The position numbers were made by a program, and so were the translations under genes. 64,000 nucleotides of DNA from Vulcanimicrobiales bacterium (GTDB taxonomy: Bacteria; Vulcanimicrobiota; Vulcanimicrobiia; Vulcanimicrobiales; Vulcanimicrobiaceae): NCBI GenBank assembly GCA_038231455.1, contig JBBRLI010000008.1, positions 1 to 64,000 on the forward strand, written 5' to 3'. Shown in pieces: positions 17,463-27,754 of this stretch. Each line of letters opens with the position of its first letter. The stretch's first letter is position 1. The notes beneath the pieces are model-generated. The model saw only the letters and a program-made list of their open reading frames with translations, was not told where the DNA came from and searched no databases.

Positions 17463-20297
17463 ATGATCAACTATCATGGCCTTCGAACAAGGTTCGGCAA
17501 TCGCTTGACCAGATCAACTGTCGCCCTGCCGACTGACGGCGGTGATGGCCTGCGTAAGCGGTTCTACCGCGCACTCCTCGAGAGTAATCGGCTCTTCGCG
17601 GAATCGCTGCACGGTGACATCGACGAGACGATGAAACGCTTCACGCGCATCCTGGTCGACCGACTCGAAGTGGGGCTCGCGTTCATTGGGGTCTTGCCCG
17701 ATGGCGAGGAGCAGTTTTATGTCAAAGCGGTTGCCGGGGAAGCCGCTGGGTACGCCCTCAAATTGCGCATCTCCATCGATCCGAATATCCCTGAGGGTCG
17801 AGGCCCTGCGGCGACGGCGGTTCGCGGAACCGAGGTGCTGTTCTTCGACATGGAAACCGATCCGCGTTGTCTGCCGTGGCGTGAGCGCGCGCGCGAATTC
17901 GGTATCGGCGGCTGTGCCATCGCTCCCTTCGCGATTCCCGGTTTGCGCGGCGGAATCGCGCTCTATCGCAAGCGGGAACATCACTTCCCGTCGGGCGTGA
18001 GCGATCTGATGGAACAGTTAGCGCAGGACGTGGCCACGTTTCTCGGTCGGCGTGCGAGCGAACGCGACCTTGCTAGGACGCGTTCGATTTACCGCGCGTT
18101 ATTGGACGAAGGCTCGCTGATCCTCGATTTGAGCGACGAAGCGACGCTACTCGCCCAAAGTTGTTCGCGGCTTGTCAAGAGCGATCTGTTTGTCGCAGCG
18201 TCGATCGCGAAGCTCGCGGATGGTCGTCTCATCGAAGTAGCGCAGGCAACGCGCGACGCGTCCGTCGCTCACAACCACCTTGCGGCGCTGCGGGAAGAAC
18301 TCGGCGGGCGTGCATGTGCCAGCGGTGAAGCGCAATATTTTTACGACGAGCGTCCGGCCGAAGAACGCGACCCCTGGCACGAGCGCTCCGATGGCGGCGT
18401 CGGCTCGGCGGTCGCAATCCCGATCGCTCGCGGCGGCGTGTGCTGGGGTGTGTTGCTCTTCGCTTGTCCGGAACGTCACGTCGTCAAAGGCGAGTTCGCA
18501 ACATTGCTCGTGCACGTCGCGCAGCATGTCGGCCACGCGCTCGACGAACTGGACCTGAAAAAACGGCTCATCGACGAAGCGGAAAAAGAGGCGTGGCTCG
18601 CTGGACATGATGCGCTAACGGGGCTTCCGAATCGCCGCGCGCTCGATCCACGTTTGGATCGCGCGATCGATCGCCGCGCGCGTTCCGAGGCGCTGCTGGC
18701 GGTCGGCATCTTCGATCTCGACGATTTCAAGGCGCTCAACGACAAATTCGGGCATGAAGTCGGCGACTTTATCTTGCAGAGCGTCGCGAAGCGCCTCAGC
18801 GATGCGCTCGAATCATCCGATTTCGTAGCCCGTTTGGGAGGAGACGAATTCGTCTTCATCTTCGAAGATGTTTTCGATCAGATCGAACTTGCCGAACGAC
18901 TGGAACGTATCCGGCGCGCGGTCAGTGCGCCGATCACGATTGGGGACAACGTTGAAGTGATCGTGAGCGGAAGCCTGGGAATGGTCATCGTTGAACGCGA
19001 CCTTCCCGATGGAGAACGACGGCCGAGTACGTTTCTGCGGCAGGCGGACCGCGCATTGCATCAACTCAAATCGGTAAAAAACAGCCGCGAATCGTATTGG
19101 TCTCTCTACATCGAGGGGATTGCGCCGGCGCGAAGCGGTCACGCGTCGCACGTCAGTCATTTGCTCGCACAAGGTGCGTTGCGCGTTGTCTATCAACCGA
19201 TCGTGGCTCTTCCCTCCGGCAGACTCGTCGGGATCGAGGCGCTCGCGCGACTAGCCGATCCCGATGCCGGTCTGCTCGCCCCCGCGTCGTTCCTGCGTCA
19301 CTTCGGAATGGAAGAGCAGTTCGCACTCACGCGGGGCGTGCTCGCGCAGGCGATCGCCGATCTCGTCGCGCTCGACGCGGGCGGACTGGATGTTTGGGTT
19401 TCGATCAACGTCGCGCCCGAGATCGCAACGTCGGAGCGCTTTCGCTCGATGCTCGCCGCGCACGTCGCGACGCTGCCGTTTTCTGCGCACCGCCTCACGT
19501 TCGAATTGCTCGAACAAAGCGATTTCTTGCCGGTGGAATCGATGCGGGCAACGCGGGAACGGTTAGTCGCGCTTAAAGAACTCGGCGTCCGACTCGCCCT
19601 CGACGATGTTGGAAGCGCGTATTCTTCCTTGCTGCGTCTCAAAGATCTTCCGATCGATACGTTCAAACTCGACCGAGAATTCGTCAATTCGCTCGGGCAA
19701 TCACCTGAGGCCCTGCACTTCGTTTCCGTTCTGCTCGAACTCGCGCGCGATCTGCGTGTGGATTTCGTTGCCGAAGGCGTCGAATCGCCGCAAATTGCCG
19801 ACGCGCTTGCAGCACTGCGCGTACCGCTCGTTCAGGGGTACGCCATCGCCCGGCCCCTGGCGCTTCAGGATCTCCTCGCGTGGGCTGCGTCGCATCGGCC
19901 GCAGGCCTGGGAACAACCGACAACGGTGCTGGGTCTCTATGCGCGCAACCTCCGCTTGTCGAAAATTCGCCGCATGATGCTGCACGAGGCGGCCAATACG
20001 GGGGCCGTAGAATTGACCAACGATCCTGATTCGTGCGATATCGGGCGTGCAATTCGCGCGATGGGCTTAGAAGGGAGTGCGATCGATCGCGGCCATCGCA
20101 GTACCCACGAATCGTTTGACCGCGCATCCGTGTCGGTCCGCACGCACGGCCACGTCGACTGGGAACCGGTCAACCGGGCTGAGTCACAATACGTCGAATC
20201 CATTATGCGCGCTCTCGAATCGGAGCCCGTCAATATGGAATTGCCGACAACCCAAAGTCGCGCCGGTGTTCGTGAGCATTCGAGACGCCGCGTATGA
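17463..20297 (+). CDS. GAF-GAF-GGDEF-EAL protein with C-terminal CZB-like domain
   Basis: HDALTGLPNR, DLDDFK, RLGGDEF, YQPIV, IEALAR, ALDDVGSAYSSL; tail DSCDIG...HRSTH. Confidence 0.92.
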   Translation: MINYHGLRTRFGNRLTRSTVALPTDGGDGLRKRFYRALLESNRLFAESLHGDIDETMKRFTRILVDRLEVGLAFIGVLPDGEEQFYVKAVAGEAAGYALKLRISIDPNIPEGRGPAATAVRGTEVLFFDMETDPRCLPWRERAREFGIGGCAIAPFAIPGLRGGIALYRKREHHFPSGVSDLMEQLAQDVATFLGRRASERDLARTRSIYRALLDEGSLILDLSDEATLLAQSCSRLVKSDLFVAASIAKLADGRLIEVAQATRDASVAHNHLAALREELGGRACASGEAQYFYDERPAEERDPWHERSDGGVGSAVAIPIARGGVCWGVLLFACPERHVVKGEFATLLVHVAQHVGHALDELDLKKRLIDEAEKEAWLAGHDALTGLPNRRALDPRLDRAIDRRARSEALLAVGIFDLDDFKALNDKFGHEVGDFILQSVAKRLSDALESSDFVARLGGDEFVFIFEDVFDQIELAERLERIRRAVSAPITIGDNVEVIVSGSLGMVIVERDLPDGERRPSTFLRQADRALHQLKSVKNSRESYWSLYIEGIAPARSGHASHVSHLLAQGALRVVYQPIVALPSGRLVGIEALARLADPDAGLLAPASFLRHFGMEEQFALTRGVLAQAIADLVALDAGGLDVWVSINVAPEIATSERFRSMLAAHVATLPFSAHRLTFELLEQSDFLPVESMRATRERLVALKELGVRLALDDVGSAYSSLLRLKDLPIDTFKLDREFVNSLGQSPEALHFVSVLLELARDLRVDFVAEGVESPQIADALAALRVPLVQGYAIARPLALQDLLAWAASHRPQAWEQPTTVLGLYARNLRLSKIRRMMLHEAANTGAVELTNDPDSCDIGRAIRAMGLEGSAIDRGHRSTHESFDRASVSVRTHGHVDWEPVNRAESQYVESIMRALESEPVNMELPTTQSRAGVREHSRRRV

Positions 20298-21118
20298 CAC
20301 ACAATGAGCGCGCCGCCGCGTTCTTTGCGCTCCACAAGCCGGGCGCAGCGTTCGTCATCCCCAATGTTTGGGATGCTGCAAGCGCTCGGGTGTTCGCGGC
20401 CCAGGGCTTTTCCGCAATCGCAACATCGAGCGCATCGATGGCGTGGTCGCTCGGCTACGCCGATGGGGAGAGTGTCGATCTCGACGCACTCTTCGGCGCT
20501 ATCGCACGTGTCGTGCGAGTCGTCGACGTTCCGGTGAGCGCGGATCTTGAAGGCGGCTTCGGTGCCGATACCGCGGGGGTCGTGCGCTCGTTCGAACGTG
20601 CCCTTGCCGCTGGCGCAGTCGGCGGCAACTTCGAGGATTTCGATAACGTGCAGCGCGATGTCATTCCGGTCGCAACGATGGTTGAGCGCGTGCGCGCCGT
20701 GCGCGAGCGCGCGACGGCTCTGGGCGTGCGATTCTTCATCAATGCGCGCACAGATCTGATGCTGCATGCGCTAGGCGATGTATCGACGCGCGTCGAGCGC
20801 ACGATCGAGCGGCTGCGTGCGTACGTTGCGGCGGGTGCCGATGGCGTCTTCGCTCCGGGCTCGAGCGACCTTGGCGCGATCGAGCGCATCGTCAAGAGCG
20901 TTGATGCGCCGCTCAATATTCTTGCGGGACCGCAGACGCCGCCCCGTTCGGCGCTCGCAGCAGTTGGCGTCGCACGCGTAAGTATCGGCAGTTCGCCCGC
21001 CCGGCGCATCCTCTACGTCTTGCGCGAACTCGCAAGCTCGCTCCGCGAAGGCGACGATTTCGCCTACGCGCGCGAACCGGCCATCCCGTTCGATGAATTA
21101 AACCAACTCTTTGCCTAG
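20294..21118 (+). CDS. Isocitrate lyase/PEP mutase family protein
   Basis: PNVWDAASA, ATSS, SADLEGGFG, NFED, INARTD, AGADGVF. Confidence 0.92.
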   Translation: MTHNERAAAFFALHKPGAAFVIPNVWDAASARVFAAQGFSAIATSSASMAWSLGYADGESVDLDALFGAIARVVRVVDVPVSADLEGGFGADTAGVVRSFERALAAGAVGGNFEDFDNVQRDVIPVATMVERVRAVRERATALGVRFFINARTDLMLHALGDVSTRVERTIERLRAYVAAGADGVFAPGSSDLGAIERIVKSVDAPLNILAGPQTPPRSALAAVGVARVSIGSSPARRILYVLRELASSLREGDDFAYAREPAIPFDELNQLFA

Positions 21119-21128
21119 GGGAATCCAT

Positions 21129-21515
21129 ATGCGGACATTCATCTCATCGGGTTCTCGGTACGAAGACGAGGTCGGCTACTCGCGTGCGGTCGTCGACGAT
21201 ACGTACGTCCACGTTTCGGGAACCACGGGTTTCGACTACGCGACGATGCAGATTTCTGAGGATGTGGTCGAGCAGACCGATCGGTGCTTCCGCACGATTG
21301 CCGAGACGCTCGCCGAGGCCGGGTCTTCGCTCGATGCGGTCGTTCGCGTCCGCTACATTCTGCCAAACGGCCTCGATTTTGAACGCTGCTGGCCGACGAT
21401 TCGCGCGTACCTCGGGCAGGCGCGACCCGCTGCAACCATGATCAGTGCCGGGCTGCTCGACCCCCGTATGAAAATCGAAATTGAAGTTACCGCGTTGCGT
21501 CTGGATCGTCCCTAG
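21129..21515 (+). CDS. RidA family protein
   Basis: GYSRAV, HVSGTTG, VVRVRY, RPAATM, IEIEVTA. Confidence 0.92.
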   Translation: MRTFISSGSRYEDEVGYSRAVVDDTYVHVSGTTGFDYATMQISEDVVEQTDRCFRTIAETLAEAGSSLDAVVRVRYILPNGLDFERCWPTIRAYLGQARPAATMISAGLLDPRMKIEIEVTALRLDRP

Positions 21516-21547
21516 AAAATCGCGAGAAACGGGTTTGCCGGGACGCG

Positions 21548-21994
21548 GTGGCGGGTAGAGCGGACGATGTTATGCCCGAGTATCGTGGTACGTTTCCAAG
21601 CACGTACGCCTCCGTTTCGCTTGCGCGACACGCCGTGGTGCAGTATGCGGCCTGCCGCGGCTTCTTGGGTGAGAGCCTCAATGACGTCGAGAGTGCAGTC
21701 GGTGAAGCGCTCGCGAATGCAGCCGAGCATGGCCACGCCGATGGCGGGACGATTGACGTCCGTGCGAGCCTCTCCGATGGCCTGCTGATCGTTGAGATCA
21801 AAGACAGCGGACGCGGGTTCGCTCCCGCCGTGCGACAGTTACAGCCGCGGGTTCTCGGTGAATCGCCCCGGGGTTTTGGAATTTTTATCATGCGTGAGCT
21901 GATGGACGTCGTCGAGTTTAGCGAGCACGGCTCGCGGCTGCGTCTAATGAAGCGGCTCAGCCCGGCCAAGGCGGAGAACTCGCAGGAGGCTTAA
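21548..21994 (+). CDS. RsbW-like anti-sigma factor/Ser kinase (HATPase_c_2); start may be 21572
   Basis: AVGEALANAAEHG, IKDSGRGF, RGFGIFIMRELMD. Confidence 0.9.
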   Translation: MAGRADDVMPEYRGTFPSTYASVSLARHAVVQYAACRGFLGESLNDVESAVGEALANAAEHGHADGGTIDVRASLSDGLLIVEIKDSGRGFAPAVRQLQPRVLGESPRGFGIFIMRELMDVVEFSEHGSRLRLMKRLSPAKAENSQEA

Positions 21995-22293
21995 CCGGTT
22001 TCGCTTTCTTCTTCCGGCTCGGGTCGGAAGTCGACGTCGATGACGTTATCCCGAATCCCAGCGATGTGGCTCTTGTGGGGCTCCGTCTCGGGGTGCGGAT
22101 GACCGCACTCGCCGCAGGCGTTGATCGCGTCCTGGGTTTTTTCTTCGACCATGACGATTGCATCCAGATAGGCGTCTTTGGCCTCGGCCGTGTGCACTTC
22201 ATCAACGACTTGTTCTGCGCGAACCTTGGTCTCAACCGCGGCGCGCAGATCGTAGATGGCGTCGATTTTTTTCTGGTGGACGTCGGCGTTCAT
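21991..22293 (-). CDS. Small hypothetical protein with CxxC-x-H-x-H motif
   Basis: High-GC codon usage from ATG 22293; helical N-terminus, CGECGHPH, acidic tail NVIDVDF. Confidence 0.65.
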   Translation of the reverse strand: MNADVHQKKIDAIYDLRAAVETKVRAEQVVDEVHTAEAKDAYLDAIVMVEEKTQDAINACGECGHPHPETEPHKSHIAGIRDNVIDVDFRPEPEEESETG

Positions 22294-22363
22294 CGAACTC
22301 GTGATACTCCTGTGCGGTTGGTTACGTCCCAACTGGGTTACCCATGCTTGGTTGTAGACGAAA

Positions 22364-25300
22364 CTACTGGTCGCCCCGCCGCGCATGTTCATCAGCGTTC
22401 GGGTCGATCGGAGTGGTTTTCGGTCGCGCATTCAGATCGAGCGCGAGACCGGCTCCACCCAGCGATTGCGCAAGCGGCGTGACCTCGGCTGTGATGAAGG
22501 CGCGATAGGTTGCCATTGCCGTATCGTACTCGCGCGCGAGTGCACGGGCTTCGATGACTTGCGCCTGGGGCGGCGTCGCGATGCGGGCCGATCCCATCAA
22601 CGACATGATTCGTTCGCGTAGTAAGTCTTGCAGAAAGTCGTTGTCCTGGTCGTTGACCGGGCTCGAGGTCAGCGTGTGCACGACCGAATCGATTTTCGCA
22701 AGAGTCGCCGTGGAGCGGGCGACGATGGCATCGTTGGCTGGAGATTTTTTGAGCGTCGTGATGCGCTCGGGCAATTGAAGTTTGAGGTTGTCGAGCACGT
22801 TGAGCGCGTCATCGATCGACGAAAGCTCGGCGTTCAGTGAGGCCATCATGGCGATCCCCGCGCGTTCGCTTGCCGGCGTTCCCACCATGCGCGGATCGTT
22901 GACGAGCTTCAACGTCGCGCGTTTGGTTTGGCCGTCGCGATGCAACACGACCGTGTACGTCCCCGAGGGCACGGGCGTTCCGCTATCGGGTCCGGCTTCC
23001 CACGCCGGGGCGCGGCGCCACGGCGTCGGCGGATCACTCGTTCCATCCCACGCGACGCGATTGAGACCGGTGCGATTGGGCACGAGCGGTTCGTCGGCAC
23101 CATCCACGGCGTGCGTGCCGCTGATATGCCGCACGACGTTACCTTGTGCATCGAGAATCTCGATCGCGGGCGTCTGTGCTGCGGGCGTATCTTGCGTGAA
23201 CGAGATGAGGGCGGGGCCGGCGGGATTCGCGCCGGGCGCTTTTGCATTCACCGTCGTCGAACGGCGTTCGAAGACGATCGCATCGCGCGGTGTGAAGAGC
23301 GCGAGGCCGCGGGCGCGCTCCTGAAGCGGACGCAGATCGTCAAGGACGTAGATGCCGCGGCCATGCGTTGCTGCAACGAGGTCGTTTGCGTCGGGCTGCA
23401 CGCGCAGGTCGCGCACGGAAACCGGTGGCAACTCGGCCGGGAATTTTTCCCACGTTACGCCGCGGTCGCGCGACCACACAACGCCGTCTTCGCCGCCGAG
23501 GTAGAGAATGTTCGCATTTTTCGGATCTTCGCGTACCACGCGCACGAACGCATCACCGCGCAGGTTGCTTGCGATACTGCGCCAATGCGCGCCGTAGTCG
23601 TCCGTCACGAAAACGTACGGTTTGTTGTCGCCCACGTAGTGCCGGTCGCCAATGAGATAGGCGCGCGCAGGACTTGCGTGCGAGGCCTCGATCGTCGGTA
23701 GACGCGTATCGATATCGACACCCGGTACGGTGAGGTTCGACCAGTGCGCACCGCCGTCGCGCGTAAGATGCACGAGGCCGTCGTCGCTTGCGGTCCAGAT
23801 CGTACGCGCGTCGAGCGGTGAGGGTGCGACATCGAGCAGCGTATCGAACGTTTCCGCACCGGTTACGTCGAGCGTGATCGGCCCGCCGGAGAGTCCTTGC
23901 CGTTCGGGCAGGTTGCGCGTAAGATCCGGGCTGACCGGCGTCCACGTCATGCCGCGATCCGTGCTGCGGAAGAGCACGTTGCCGCCATAATAGGCGATGT
24001 GCGCGTCGTGCGGTGAAAACACGATCGGTGCTTCCCAATTGAAGCGATATTTGAGGTCGCGAACGGGCGTGACGTTTTGATTGCGTTTGTACGCCGAGAC
24101 GTCGGTCACTTGTCCCGTGCGCGTCGAGTAGCGCGTGAGTTCGCCTTGGTTATCGCCGCCGCCGTTTGATGAGAAGATTTCGGTCGGATCGCTTGGATCT
24201 TGCGCGGTCCACGTGCCGTCCCCGCCAGAAACCGACATCCAGTGGTTGGGTAAGATGCCGCGACTGTCGTGCGAATCCGAGGGTGCGCACCACGATCCGT
24301 TGTCTTGCAGGCCGCCGCAAATCGTGTAGTCGCGTCCGGCGCTCACGCTGATGTGATAGAACTGCGAGACCGGCATGACGTTGCGCCAATCCCACGTTTT
24401 GCCATTGTCGCGCGACACGACGGCGCCGCCGTCATTGGCTTCGTAGATCGTTCGGCCGTCGTGTGCGAACCACACGTCGTGATGGTCGCCATGAATGCGG
24501 CGGCCGCTCAGATGCCACGTTTTCCCGCCCGTATTACTCTCGGCGAGTTTGACGGAGACGGAGAAGAGATGATCGCGGTCGCGCGGATCGACGGCGATGC
24601 GCGAGTAGTAAAATGGACGTTCGTTAATGAGTGTGTTCGACGAGGTTTTGGCCCATGTCGTGCCGCCGTCATCGGAGCGCCAAAGCAACCCTTCGGGCGA
24701 TTCGATCAGCGCGTAGATGCGTTTGGGGTCGCTTGGTGCGATTGCAACCGCAATGCGCCCGGTGATGCCACTCGGCAAGCCGTTGCCGGTGAGTTTCGTC
24801 CACGTCGCGCCACCGTCGATCGAGCGGTACAGCCCATCGGTCGGACCGCCGCTGCGCAACTGCCAGGACGAGCGACGGAAATCCCACATGCCCGCGTAGA
24901 GCGTGTCGGGATTTGCCGGGTCGAACGCGACGTCGGATGCGCCGGTCGAGAGCGAAGGTGCAAGCACGTTCTGCCAGGTCGTACCTCCGTCGCGTGTTGC
25001 GAAGACGCCGCGGTCGGCAGAATCTTTGAACGGATCGCCAAGTGCCGCGACGATCAGATGCTTTGCGTCGCGCGGATCGATCAAGATGCGTACGATCTGC
25101 GATGTCTTCGCAAGGCCCGCAGCCGTCCACGTTTTGCCGCCGTCGATTGAATGAAAAATGCCGTTGCCCGCAATGACATCGTTGCGCGGCCAGCCTTCAC
25201 CCGTCCCGACCCACACATCTTTAACGTCTTTGGGGGCGATCGCGATCGCACCGATCGATTGCGATGCGCTGGGGATCGTGACGGAACGGAAATCCGCGCC

Positions 25301-25558
25301 GCCATTGGTGCTCTGCCAGAGTCCGCCGCCGGCGGCGCCGGCGAAGAAGAGTGAGGGATCGAGATCGCTGCCCATCACCGAGGTCACGCGGCCACCCGAG
25401 ACAGCCGGTCCGATGCTGCGCCAGGCAAGCGATGGACCCGCCGTGGGCTTCGCGCTCGGCGCAGGTGCGGGCGAAGCGGGCGTTTCCGCGGCGAGTGTGA
25501 GCGTTGGGGCAGCGATGAAGAACGCCGTGAGAACGAAAGACCGCAGAGCCAAAATCAT
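22364..25558 (-). CDS. Secreted VPS10/BNR-repeat (sortilin-like) glycosyl hydrolase-like protein
   Basis: WRSIGP..GGR, many S.DGG.TW Asp-boxes, HGDHH, GGLQDNG, ATHGRGIY. Confidence 0.92.
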   Translation of the reverse strand: MILALRSFVLTAFFIAAPTLTLAAETPASPAPAPSAKPTAGPSLAWRSIGPAVSGGRVTSVMGSDLDPSLFFAGAAGGGLWQSTNGGADFRSVTIPSASQSIGAIAIAPKDVKDVWVGTGEGWPRNDVIAGNGIFHSIDGGKTWTAAGLAKTSQIVRILIDPRDAKHLIVAALGDPFKDSADRGVFATRDGGTTWQNVLAPSLSTGASDVAFDPANPDTLYAGMWDFRRSSWQLRSGGPTDGLYRSIDGGATWTKLTGNGLPSGITGRIAVAIAPSDPKRIYALIESPEGLLWRSDDGGTTWAKTSSNTLINERPFYYSRIAVDPRDRDHLFSVSVKLAESNTGGKTWHLSGRRIHGDHHDVWFAHDGRTIYEANDGGAVVSRDNGKTWDWRNVMPVSQFYHISVSAGRDYTICGGLQDNGSWCAPSDSHDSRGILPNHWMSVSGGDGTWTAQDPSDPTEIFSSNGGGDNQGELTRYSTRTGQVTDVSAYKRNQNVTPVRDLKYRFNWEAPIVFSPHDAHIAYYGGNVLFRSTDRGMTWTPVSPDLTRNLPERQGLSGGPITLDVTGAETFDTLLDVAPSPLDARTIWTASDDGLVHLTRDGGAHWSNLTVPGVDIDTRLPTIEASHASPARAYLIGDRHYVGDNKPYVFVTDDYGAHWRSIASNLRGDAFVRVVREDPKNANILYLGGEDGVVWSRDRGVTWEKFPAELPPVSVRDLRVQPDANDLVAATHGRGIYVLDDLRPLQERARGLALFTPRDAIVFERRSTTVNAKAPGANPAGPALISFTQDTPAAQTPAIEILDAQGNVVRHISGTHAVDGADEPLVPNRTGLNRVAWDGTSDPPTPWRRAPAWEAGPDSGTPVPSGTYTVVLHRDGQTKRATLKLVNDPRMVGTPASERAGIAMMASLNAELSSIDDALNVLDNLKLQLPERITTLKKSPANDAIVARSTATLAKIDSVVHTLTSSPVNDQDNDFLQDLLRERIMSLMGSARIATPPQAQVIEARALAREYDTAMATYRAFITAEVTPLAQSLGGAGLALDLNARPKTTPIDPNADEHARRGDQ

Positions 25559-25633
25559 TCGGGTTCATGCGCCCTCGCGTACGAAAATTCATGTTCGCGG
25601 GCCGCAGAAGGTCATTTGTCAAACGCGCTCGCG

Positions 25634-26629
25634 ATGGCTCGACCGATCGTTGCGTACTCGCACCGTCCGCCTCCCGAAGGACCCGCCTTGCTCGCCGACC
25701 GCGCCGACGTTCGTATTTGGGCGCTCGACCGCTCGCCGACGCCCGATGAGTTGGCCGTGCACGCGCGCGACGCGATAGCGCTGTGTTTTTTCGTCCCCGA
25801 TCGAATCGATGGAGCCCTGATGGACCGTCTGCCGGCGCTGCGCATCCTTGCGGGGTTCGGCAAAGGCTTCGACAATGTCGACGTCCCCGCTGCGACCGAG
25901 CGCGGCATTTGGGTGACGAACGTGGCCACGGCCCTCACCGATGCCACCGCCGATCTTGCGTGGGGGCTGCTCTTGGCGAATGCGCGCGGTGTAGTGCGTG
26001 GGGATGCGCGCGTGCGCGAGCAGCCCGATAGCGGCTGGGACGTCGCTGCCGACCTCGGCCGAAGCGTGAGCGGCGCGACACTCGGCGTTTATGGCTTCGG
26101 CCTCGTCGGTCGCGCGATCGCCGAGCGGAGTCTGGGATTTCGGATGAACGTGCTGTACTGCGATCCGGTTGCTCCGCCTCGGGAGGTCGAAGAGCGATTA
26201 CGCGCGCGCCGAGTCGATTCCGCGACGCTGCTCGCGCAAGCCGACTTCGTCGTGCTGGCCCTTCCGCTTATCGAGGCGACGTACAAATTGATCGACGCTG
26301 CGGCACTCGCGCAGATGAAACCGAGCGCGATGCTCGTTAATCCGGCGCGCGGTTCGATCGTCAATGAAGCGGCGATCGCGCTTGCGCTCGAACGCGGCGA
26401 GCTCGGCGGCTATGCGGCCGACGTTTTCGAACATGAAGACCGCCAATACGCGTCTCGTCCCACACGACTTTTGCGGTCCTTGGTCGACGATCGCCGGCGG
26501 ACGGTCTTCACGCCGCACCTCGGGACGGCCGTCGAGGCGGACCGTGTCGCTCTGGCGGTCGCACAAGCACGGGCAGTGTGCGCGGTATTGGGCGGCGAGG
26601 TGCCGGTTTCGGCGGTGAACCGGGTGTAG
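25634..26629 (+). CDS. D-2-hydroxyacid dehydrogenase family, phosphite dehydrogenase (PtxD)-like
   Basis: F.PDRID, KGFDNVDV, GFGLVG, NPARGS, LGGYAADVFE.ED...RP, TPHLG. Confidence 0.8.
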   Translation: MARPIVAYSHRPPPEGPALLADRADVRIWALDRSPTPDELAVHARDAIALCFFVPDRIDGALMDRLPALRILAGFGKGFDNVDVPAATERGIWVTNVATALTDATADLAWGLLLANARGVVRGDARVREQPDSGWDVAADLGRSVSGATLGVYGFGLVGRAIAERSLGFRMNVLYCDPVAPPREVEERLRARRVDSATLLAQADFVVLALPLIEATYKLIDAAALAQMKPSAMLVNPARGSIVNEAAIALALERGELGGYAADVFEHEDRQYASRPTRLLRSLVDDRRRTVFTPHLGTAVEADRVALAVAQARAVCAVLGGEVPVSAVNRV

Positions 26630-26687
26630 CGTGAAAGACGGCTTCAGTCCGCCGCCCGGCGAAAGGCGCACGTCCGGAGGCCTTTTG

Positions 26688-26969
26688 ATGATCGACCCGT
26701 CGATTCGCGAACAGATATCCCACGCTCCAACGTCGATCTTGCGGCTCGCAAGCGGCCGTTGTATTGCGGTGTACGATTCACGCGCGCTCATCACGGTCGT
26801 CGCCGGCGAAGGCATGCTCGCCGCGGATCGCTCGCTCCCCGAGCGTCGCTCGACGCGTTGCGTCGCGAATTTTCGCCGCTGGTGTGCCTTCGGCGCGATC
26901 GTTCTTGCGACGTGGATTGCGACCGGTATCGTTACCGTACGCGCATTACAAGCGATTTTTGGGCAGTAA
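26688..26969 (+). CDS. Small hypothetical membrane protein (start uncertain)
   Basis: Fills the gap between co-oriented genes; C-terminal hydrophobic helix; stop 3 nt before the next start. Confidence 0.4.
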   Translation: MIDPSIREQISHAPTSILRLASGRCIAVYDSRALITVVAGEGMLAADRSLPERRSTRCVANFRRWCAFGAIVLATWIATGIVTVRALQAIFGQ

Positions 26970-26972
26970 GGC

Positions 26973-27752
26973 GTGGATTTGGGGATTGCCGGCCGTCGGG
27001 CGCTGGTGTGCGGGGCGAGTCGTGGACTCGGATATGGCTGTGCCGAGGCCCTCGCACGGGAAGGGGTTGCCGTGACGATCGTTGCGCGCACACCAGATGC
27101 GCTCGCCCGTGCGCGAGACCGGTTGGCGGCGATCGCGACGGCTCCCGTGAGGATGGTCGTCGCTGACATCACAACCGATGCCGGTCGCATCGCGGCGCTT
27201 GCCGCGTGTCCGGACCCCGACATCATCATCACCAATGCGGGCGGCCCACCGCCGGGTGACTTTCGCAAGTGGGATCGCGACACGTGGATTCGTGCCGTCG
27301 ATGCAAACATGCTCGCGCCGATCGAACTCATTAAAGCAACGCTCGATGGGATGGTTGCGCGCGGATTTGGGCGGATCATCAACATCACGTCGAGTTCGGT
27401 GAAGGCGCCGCTCGACACACTCGGACTTAGCAACGGCGCGCGCAGTGGCTTAACCGGATTCATCGCGGGAATCGCGCGCACGAACGCCGACGCAGGCGTC
27501 ACGATCAACAACCTCTTGCCAGGCGCCTTCGATACGGATCGCTTGCAGGCGACGATCGCAAGCGACGCGCAGAAGCGCGGCCGTTCCCTCGATGAATCGA
27601 TCGCCGCCCGCCGCGCCGGAATTCCGGCGAAGCGTTTTGGCACGCCGGCAGAATTCGGTGCGACGTGCGCCTTCTTATGTAGCGCGCATGCTGGTTATAT
27701 CACCGCACAAAACGTGCTGATTGACGGCGGCGCGTACCCGGGGACGTTTTAA
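26973..27752 (+). CDS. SDR family oxidoreductase
   Basis: GASRGLG, TNAGGPPPG, NNLLPG..DTDR, DGG; atypical SNGAR in place of YxxxK. Confidence 0.93.
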   Translation: MDLGIAGRRALVCGASRGLGYGCAEALAREGVAVTIVARTPDALARARDRLAAIATAPVRMVVADITTDAGRIAALAACPDPDIIITNAGGPPPGDFRKWDRDTWIRAVDANMLAPIELIKATLDGMVARGFGRIINITSSSVKAPLDTLGLSNGARSGLTGFIAGIARTNADAGVTINNLLPGAFDTDRLQATIASDAQKRGRSLDESIAARRAGIPAKRFGTPAEFGATCAFLCSAHAGYITAQNVLIDGGAYPGTF

Positions 27753-27754
27753 CG

